Source: Eledone cirrhosa (Eukaryota). From it: a stretch of 64,000 nucleotides of DNA. Made by a program: the position numbers and the translations under genes. How positions within the stretch are numbered: position 1 is the stretch's first letter; each line of letters opens with the position of its first letter. Where the stretch lies: positions 366,048,001 through 366,112,000 of the forward strand of contig OZ024741.1 of NCBI GenBank assembly GCA_964016885.1, written 5' to 3'. Of this stretch, positions 54,443-64,000 are shown in pieces. The notes under the pieces are model-generated. The model worked only from the letters and a program-made list of their open reading frames with translations. It was not told the origin of the DNA and ran no database searches.

Positions 54443-54813
54443 CTATCTCTCGCGCTATGTCTCCTATTCATTATTTACCGAGAAGTCTATTGTCAACATA
54501 TTATTTCAAAACACCAAAAACAAGAACAAAACAAATAACAACAAATATTTTTAATAACTTCTTCAGTTAATTAATGTTGAGTGTTTCTTCATAGCCAAGC
54601 TATAATTATGATATACTAGTATTTATCTGAAGAGATTAATGTAAAACTTAAAATGAAAATTCAAGATGATAGCATTTCTGCTCCTCTCTATCGTTCACTG
54701 TTATTTTTGTTGTGGTTCTTTACTGTTCTTCAACCGAAATATGCAATTAACGATGAAAATTTTTAAAATTTGATGATTCTCCTTTTCAAACACAATAAAT
54801 ACTTTATACATTC

Positions 54814-54918
<105 letters not shown>

Positions 54919-54958
54919 TGTGTGTGTATATACATATGTATATATATATATATATAGG

Positions 54959-54989
<31 letters not shown>

Positions 54990-55022
54990 GTATATATATA
55001 AGTATAAATATATATATATGTA

Positions 55023-55102
<80 letters not shown>

Positions 55103-55291
55103 TAAAAAGGAAAAGAAAATAGTGACAAATTGTTCCCAGTGAAAAATAGTTTGATTAGGAATAAGTATAAATTAGTAATAAGTATTAGTTAGTATTCAGT
55201 TTTAGTTTTAAGTTTTTACCGGTTGCGCATTTCTTATGCTTTTCAAAAATAATTTTGAGATAGAGTGCTCGAGATTTTTGCTCTAATATAA

Positions 55292-55785
<494 letters not shown>

Positions 55786-57261
55786 GTGTGTGTGTGCGTG
55801 TGTTGCGTGTGTGTGTATGTGTGTGAATGTCTGTGTCTGTGTGTGTTGGATCTTTATGAAATACCTGGAATATAAAAGTCAATTTTCAATTCTCTTCTAT
55901 ATTTTGCCTACAGTTACTGAAAATTGGAAACTGAAAAGTAATTAAAATCCTAAATAATATCAAAATATAATGATGTTTGAATTATGATAGCTCAATGGTA
56001 AATCTCCGAATTAAGAATATTGGAGGTTTATTGATTTAATAAGTTGGAAGAATCGTTAGAGCGTCAGATTAAATACTTTGCGATATCTGTTCCTGCGCTT
56101 TCAGTTTAAATTTTGCCGAGGTTAATTTTGGTACCCTATTCAATTTACCCCGACAGGTTTTAATGAAACATCGGTGCAGTGTATCGGCTAAATCTTTAAA
56201 CAGTCGGTCTTGGTTCTTTCTGGTATCTATGCTGACTTTTTGTGTTCTGAGTTGAAATCCCACTTCCCGTCACCGTAGAATTTAGAACGCTTCTGTCGAG
56301 AATTAAAAGCGACATATAGTATATTCCTTCTTCAATAGACTGGCCTCTAGTGGGGAGCAATTCTACTCAAATTACACTTACGAACATTCTCAAATGCCAA
56401 TTGAAATATGTTCATGTCTCTTCTTACTCTGCTGTAAGAATAAATAACGATTATAAGAACTGAATTTATATAAGTCAGACTTCTTCATATAAAAAAAACA
56501 AAAGGAAAAGATCCGATCGTCAAAACGGACCAAGGAAATTATGTGTCCATTGGACTTTTCATTGCTGATATTATCTGCTGGTCAATAAATAGAATAAAAG
56601 CAAGACCGAACGCATTGTAATTTGGAATCGGAAATCTTTCGCAAAGACTATATATCGAAATGTATTAATTCGATCCTCTGTTATCTGCAAATTCGGTAGT
56701 GTCTTACATATTTAATATAGAAATTGAAAGGTGGTGATCGTTAAATCGAGTCAAAGTAACTATTTTCCGTTGGTCTTTCTTTTAATGATACTATCTTCCG
56801 ATCGTAACTCTTAGCAGAACGCAGAAAGCCGAAAAATATACGGCAAACCATCCGGCCGATACATTAACTTCATAATAGAAATATTAACATAAGCACAAAA
56901 AGAGGATATGTATTAACTAAATCGGCACTCGTATTTCACAGGTATCAATTATATCACCCTCGAAAAATAAACCATCACCACCACCACGTAAAGGATAGTT
57001 ACTAAAATCAACTCTAGTAGATATATAACACACAAGGGAAACAAATGTAATTAGATACTGTAAGACGTTGTTTCTTGATCTGATTTCGCCATGGACCCAG
57101 AAGTATGAAAGGCAAAATTGACCTCGACGGAGTTTGAACGTAAAGAGCCCTAAATAAATACAGCAAACCCCACAATATAACATGAACTGTAAAATAACAT
57201 TGTAGATATGCATATCCTATAATTGCAATCTTAATACAATTTATTATGTCTCAGTTATGTA

Positions 57262-57480
57262 GGGCGGTTGATTGGCAGTATCGGTAGAGCGTCGGACACC
57301 ATGCTTTGTAGCATAGAGTTACGCCCCTTTATGATCTGAGTTCAAATCCCGCCGAGGTTAGTTTTGCCTTTCATCCTTACGGGGTCGATAAAATAAAGCG
57401 CCAGTAATGCACTGGGGTCAATTTAATCGACTTTCCCCTCCCTCCAAAGTGCTGACCTTGTGCCTATAGTAGAAATCCTT
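57262..57480 (+). mobile_element. tRNA-derived SINE (family of 10320), full length
   Basis: Head, body and tail present; flanked by a ttatgt(c/t)tcagttatgta duplication. Confidence 0.85.
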
Positions 57481-58081
57481 ATGTTTCAGTTATGTATACG
57501 CTTTTGGTGATAATGTTGCACCTCAAAAGCTGAACATTTTAAAAACTTCGTTCTTTCTAGCTTTACTCAGAAAAACTACTAATATTGTATAACGCCAAAC
57601 CTACAGTAAACATTGGAAAAGGTTACTGATTAGAAAAATAATTCGTTTATAGTAATTATTAAAACTAGCTCATGATTTTGAAAATTCACAAGCCCTGAAA
57701 TTGGGGTAAATTTGTAAGTCTAACATTTTATATAGATACTATATTTTTTAAATTTTGTTATTCTATATTTATGCATTTTATGAAACTCGACTGGAACCAA
57801 CTTCAGTGGCTTAGATGCATTAATTCTGAGTGAATAAGCATTCCTAGACAAACTCAAGTTTTACGATATAATTACATTCATTTGGAGTACATAGGCACAA
57901 ATGAGACACCGGTTTAAATAAACGAGAAACAATGCAGTAATGACTATTTACAGGGACAAATATATGGTTAGAACCCAGAAGCATGTGTATGGAAAGCACA
58001 ATTCTTAATGTATTTACAATAGAAATAGGAAATGCATCGCGTATATCAGTGTACATTTGTGTGTGTTAATTTCAATGAGTT

Positions 58082-58162
<81 letters not shown>

Positions 58163-58337
58163 AAAGTTTTATTTAAGATTGTTGGGTTACAACGAGTAAA
58201 TATTTTATAACTGATATAAAAGCACTCAACAGTTTCTGGAGTAGGTTTACGATATTAAACATATTACGATATTAAAAAATATAACGAAATAAATATGGTT
58301 TTATAAATATAAATATAGTTTCCATTTGTTTAATATC

Positions 58338-58376
<39 letters not shown>

Positions 58377-60565
58377 AATGTATGTATCAGCTGTGCTAGG
58401 GCGAGAAATAAACTTAAATATATATATATATATACACATGGCACATTATTATAGTTGATAGTAGGTGATCAGCTTTCCTTTTTTCCTCCTTTTAGAATCG
58501 ATAAGTAAAGTACCAGTTCAGATATTGGTGGTGAGCCGAGTGGTCTAGTGAGATACACTTTGCAGTAATACATCAGGCTCTGTGCGTCCTGAGTTTAAAT
58601 CTGATCATACTCCTTAATTCAGAAATCAGGAAAGGGGACACCAGAGCACATAGAGCGTCGGACACCATGCTTTGTCGTATTTAAGTACGTTTTTTTACGT
58701 TTTGATTTCAAGACCTTATGTCAGGTGTGCTTTTTATGCACCTGGGGTCGATAAAATATTGGGAATCGATTTAATCGACTTTCGCTTTGCCTTAAAAATT
58801 GCTGGACATGTTAGAAAAAATAAATAAAAACATCACATATTTCTAAGCTAGAAATAAAATTGTGTTATATCTTTTTATCTTTTTGAAGCATTATAAAATA
58901 CTTTGAAGCGGTTCTGGGTCCACATCATTGCAAAGCCAACTTTTTAACCATTCAGCTATGCTATGTCTTCGTACATCATTTCATCATATATCAATAGAAA
59001 TAGAAATTGTTTCTCCAAATAAATTGCAGCGGATATTTCTATAATGAGAAAATAGGCAACCAAACAATTACGTCAACTGACATTTTAAAATTCGCATCTG
59101 ATTTTCCAACTAATTCTTCTAAATGTTTATTTTGAGGAAATTTTAGAATTGTAAAAATCTTCGAAGCAAGTACTATGACCTAACCTTTGATATTCTCTAA
59201 CACAGATGTATTTTGTAATGGTTATTTGTAACATTTTGTTGGTGTTTTAAGATTTTAACCATCATTTACCATAAAATCACGTGTAATGTTTAAAACAAAT
59301 TGTAAATTTACTGCACAAAATTAGATTTAGGCTTGGGTCAAGCAGACTCGATTGTACGTTAATGTAATCTCTGGTCCTCTAAGCCTTCAAAGCATTGTTC
59401 TTGAACAGCCAAATACTCACCTGAAAGTGTAGATTTATGTGCAGAAACTAATCTTTTTCACATTCAGAGTTTTGCTTTGTTCTGATTACGCATCAGTGCC
59501 TCGTATAGTAAGGTATGCATAGATGAGATGTGATATTCAAACGTTTAGTAAAAACAGAAAAAAGACATGATGTACGTCCATTGATAATCAAAAGAGAATA
59601 GATTTTCAAGCCAATAAGGTCACTCAGCTTGTTAGACATATCAATAAAATATCTTTAAATCCGTCGCTTAGATAGTGACAGTTATTATACCTTTGATCTC
59701 TTGGATCAAAGCTGATATATGGTTAAACAGCATAGCTTGATTCAACCGAGATTCAATAATACTTTGCTGAGTCATTTAGATATTTTAGTATACTTCAGGG
59801 TGACATTATGCGCACGCACGTAAACGCATGCACTCACATCGAATACGACGGAGAATTTTCCAGTTGTTCGAACAGCGGAATAGCCAACTCATGAGATTAA
59901 CGTATACATTTCTAAACATTTCAAAGACACGTGTCCCCTCGTCGTATTTGTCAGGGAGATTGTGTTACAAGACTGGCCGTTTGAATTATCGCTTCAACTT
60001 ATTTTTGCCAGCTAAGAGAACTGGAACAACGTGAAATAAAGTATTCATTCAAGGACGCAACACGTTCGAGAATTGAACTCACGACCTTCCGATTACATAT
60101 ACACATGTACACAGCGCGCATTATAAATAATGATAGCAGAGTTCAAAAACCAATTCGCACGTGATTGTGGGTGGGGGCATTGAAAGATTATTGTTGGTCT
60201 TGATAAAAACACGATTTTTATTTTCGAATAGATGAATGTTTGAAATTATCTGCATGTCTATTGGCCTCGCTGCCTGTCTCTTCGTCTCTCTCACATTGTC
60301 TCTTTGTCTGTCTCAGATATGTGAAGACACGTGTCTTTGCGGTTAGGATGTTTGGTTCACTTTCGTAAGATCTTGAGTTCTACTCCAATCCACGCAGCTG
60401 TAAAATATGAGTGATATCTGAGATTCATGCTAGACACATGGAATGTTCATCCGCCTACAGGCAAATTTTACAAGCAGATTGTTGAGTTGTTCGGTAAACT
60501 AAAACACTCGTCGTCAGAACCGATGGGAGTCCTACACACTCACACACATGTATATATGTATGTAT

Positions 60566-61158
60566 GTAACCCAGTACAACCTATCGCATGGTGGGGTCGT
60601 CGGCGACTAAACCGGCAACCCCACCAAGTTTACTTGGTCAGGAGGGTGATTTTGGACACCCTGCAGGACAAAAAACAAAACCTGACAAAGGGCGGAAGAA
60701 CTCATAAGCTTCAACGGCCATCCAAAAGTGTGTAAATATGTATATGCACATGTACATATGTATGTATATGTGTATATACATGGGTGGATGTGTATGTATA
60801 TGCGCGGGGACATAGAAATAGTCGTGCTGGACACCCGATCGTGCAGTTAAACCACTGGCAGTGAAGGACCCCTAGCCTTTGTCAAGGCATTCTTCTAGGA
60901 GAAGGCAACTCAGGAAACTAGGATAATTTCGATATAAAACCTGCGGCTCAGTAGTTAGCGATGATGCTTATCTTTTCTTCTTTTCGGATTATAGCTACTG
61001 TCGCTCAGAGAGTGCGATTGGCTCAGTGCACAGTCTTTCTTCACTTTAAAAATTAAATATCTTCAGGCACAGGCATTTCACGATAGAATTAATTAATAAT
61101 TATTAATAATGGTATATAGTGCAATGGCCACGCTCGATAACGAGGGGGCAGCCATCAT
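60566..61158 (+). mobile_element. Non-autonomous RTE-derived element
   Basis: Homologous to 27908-28499 and 32729-33313; terminal hairpin atggcc...gcagccat followed by cat. Confidence 0.65.
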
Positions 61159-61174
61159 GTATGTATGTATGTAT

Positions 61175-62680
61175 ATTCTTCTGGTTTTATAATTTCACAA
61201 ATTTTTACCAATAGAGAGAGAGTCGGTTTCTAACATAGACACAAGACTCTCTCATTAGAATTTACACAACATCAACTAGGTAGATTATGTATGTATGCAT
61301 GCATGCATGTGTAGATATGAATGTTATTGCATGTGTGGATGTGTATCTTTTGAGTTGTATGTGTGCATGTGTATATGCTTTGCATCTGTACATGTGTATA
61401 TGCAGATATTAGATGCAACATTTCTGGAATGTTTTACATATTTTTACTGTTCCATTAATTGATTGTACTTGTAATTTCCTAACTAGTTGTGTTCTTTTTG
61501 TTCCTGTGAAGCCTAGCGTCTCAAGATTTGTATTGAGGCAGTTACTAACATACGCCAGTGCCCCAATAATCACAGGCATACATCTGAAGGTGTAATCAGG
61601 GTGGAGTATCTGCAGATTTCTCATCAGTTCTGCATAAATATTCTCCTTTTCACTAATCTTGGCATCTGCTGGGCAGCTAATTTCCACTACTGTGCATGCT
61701 TTCTTCTCCCTGTCCCATATCATAATATCTGGTCTGTTATGCCTGCATTTTATTGGGGTTTTTACTGGAACATTCCACCAGTACTCTTTCATATTATGTA
61801 CATGGATGTCTTCCACATTGCTGTAGCTTTTAATGTGTTTATTATCGGGGCTATATTTTTACGAACTGCATTGTACAGTGTTTTGGCCACTACATCATGC
61901 CTCATAGGTAGATAGTACCGTGATGACATTTTTGGACAGCTTTTGATGACATGGGTGATATCCTCGATGTTAGTTCTGCAGAGTCTGCACTTGTTATCAC
62001 ATCTAGGTGTTTTGCCTGCATCCCTATCTCTTTTGTGAATCAGGTATTTCGTGTTAATCTCCAGTTCTTGGATTGCAAAAGCGTATCCTTCAAAGTGGGA
62101 GCCAATATAGCGGTTGTTGGTCCAATATAGACTACTTTCCTTATCTATATTACTCTCACTCTGAGAGTAATATAGATAAGGAATTTTTTGCTGATATGTT
62201 TTTCATCCATGGATTCACTGCGATACTGCTGAGCGACTTCTCTGGGTGTGAGATTTTGATTATCACACAGGGAATATCTCTCGAGGAGTTACTTCCCAAC
62301 TCTCATGATCTTATCTGTTTCATGCAGCGAGAAACGGGTTCCTACGCTTTGAGGTTCGTAGATGTTGTCGGAGAGCTATGATGCGACATTCAAATGTTGT
62401 CTGGACTGATGTTAGGCCTCTGCCTCCCTGCTTACGTTTCAAGTAAAGGCGGTCTATGTCACTGTTGATGTGAAAGTTTCCGGTGTTGTTTAGTATTTTT
62501 GAGTTCCAACATCAACTGCTCGGATTTCGTTTATCGTCCAATTGAGTATTCCAAACGTTGGTGTTAGGACAGGCACAGCAAACACATTGTGAGCTACTGT
62601 TTCGTTTTGCGCAGAGAGTTCCGATAACCAGATCTTTCTTAATCGGGTGTAGTATTCCCTGGGTACCCTTTCTTTATTAC
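61175..62680 (-). mobile_element. R4/Dong-clade non-LTR retrotransposon, 5'-truncated, in (ATGT)n
   Basis: CRLC..EDITHVIKSC..RHDVVAK zinc knuckle; HNRPDIMIWDREKKACTVVEISCP..KENIYAEL..PVIIGAL RLE domain (ORF 61409-61816); 3' UTR down to 61175. Confidence 0.9.
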
Positions 62681-62702
62681 AGTATGTATGTATGTATGTA
62701 TG

Positions 62703-62733
<31 letters not shown>

Positions 62734-62759
62734 GAATCTATGAAGTAAGAATTTATGTA

Positions 62760-63026
62760 TGTTCTTCTGGTTTGATCATTTTATAAATTTTTACCAATGA
62801 TAATTTTATAAATTTTTACCAATAGAGAGAGTTGGTTTCTAACATGAATACAAGATTCTCTCATTGGAATTTAAACATGCATCCATGTGTGTGCAGGTAT
62901 GGATGTTTTTGTATGTGTGGATGTGGATGTTTTTACTTATATATGTGCATGTTCATATGCTCTTTATCTGTACATGTGTACATGGAGTTATTAGATACAG
63001 AATTTTTGGAATGTTTTAAACATTTC
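62760..63026 (-). mobile_element. Second, very short 3' fragment of the same R4/Dong family
   Basis: Matches 61177-61440 (ttcttctggttt...ttagat..gaatgtttta); (ATGT)n on both sides. Confidence 0.8.
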
Positions 63027-63084
63027 TATGCATGTATGTATGTATGTTTTTGTGGGTCAAGAGATTCTAATCTTTATTAAGATA

Positions 63085-63260
63085 TCTCTGGGAGAAGGTC
63101 ACTCTGATATAAAACCCTCAATGATGTAGACCAGTTCTTTTTGGATAAATGTATTCGATGTTCAGAGAGTGGTGTTTGTCCCGTGCAAAGCCTTTCCTGC
63201 ACCATCTTCTGTAATCTGACGAGCGATTGCAATACTCCTAGCAGACTTTGCAGCCATGAT
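63085..63260 (+). mobile_element. Partial RTE-derived non-autonomous element
   Basis: ggagaagg..actctgatataaaacc and a terminal gcagccatgat. Confidence 0.5.
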
Positions 63261-64000
63261 GTATGTATATATGTTTGTGCGTATGTATGTATGTATATGT
63301 GTATAAGTCATATAGTTGTATGCACTGTAAATAAACCATAAATTGGAGCCATCATCGCCCTCGCTTGTCGTTTTCAACAATAATAATTGTTCTAATTTTC
63401 TGATCAACCGAAATATCTAATAATTGTGTTACAGTGAATGTGACGGTATATTCTACAGACAGATGTATTCTTCACATAATCCTCATTTGTTGTTTTATTT
63501 ATAAGAACGGGATTACATTATTAAAATATCATTTTCGTTCTTAAAAGTATCACGTGTGATTTCTGAGAGATGCAACTGTTATGTCTATCATGTCAATGAT
63601 TTTATTTTGAGGGAGATTTGGTTGCTATTTCCTGCTGTGCAAAAACCAGGTAAAATCTACTCCCTATTTTGTTGGTTTAGGTTCATATTAAACTATATAA
63701 CAACTTTTTTTTTTAGATATTTTTGTACAGAATAAATTCAATTTATGTATGGCGCAATGATAAGTGTAGCTTTTCTTATTCTTTCGAGAAACAGCAACTT
63801 TTGACAGTTCGGTGTTAAACTTTCTATTGATTTAAAGATCAGAATTTTCTCCATTAAACAATAAAGGTTATTTCTCATGTTGTTCTATATTTTTAGATAT
63901 TTTCATACTTTTGGTATTTTAGAGGTCTTGTTCACTTAAAATGTATTCACAGCTTTGGCTCCTTCTGTATTTTAATCGATACTTAGTAATTCTGAAGCTA

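Noticed and set aside
60590-60710. HDV-like ribozyme at the 5' end of the RTE-derived element
   Set aside because: I could not assign the nested double pseudoknot by eye.

Overview
This is an AT-rich, repeat-saturated eukaryotic window with no recognisable host protein-coding exon. The microsatellite density and SINE types suggest an octopus or other cephalopod (inference). Nearly all listed ORFs are microsatellite artefacts. Identifiable content: two tRNA-headed SINE families, RTE-clade and R4/Dong-clade LINE fragments, a non-autonomous RTE-derived element, a mariner remnant, a hAT MITE, an 18-bp minisatellite and a long (GAA)n tract. The notable signal is the short unique islands between (TA)n tracts. 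Many carry minimal type-I hammerhead ribozyme motifs (CUGANGA - stem II - GAAA - short, often palindromic stem III - UH); about 10 are near-intact and several are degraded, from sequence-unrelated families. Many islands share one architecture: an inverted fold-back arm at the 5' end and a 3' end abutting (TA)n, sometimes with terminal redundancy. Two copies of one family are circular permutations of a ~420-440-nt monomer, and another family carries a tRNA-like cloverleaf in a 271-nt unit. This fits Penelope-like/retrozyme-like non-autonomous elements targeting (TA)n. All motifs were read by eye and none has been computationally or experimentally verified.
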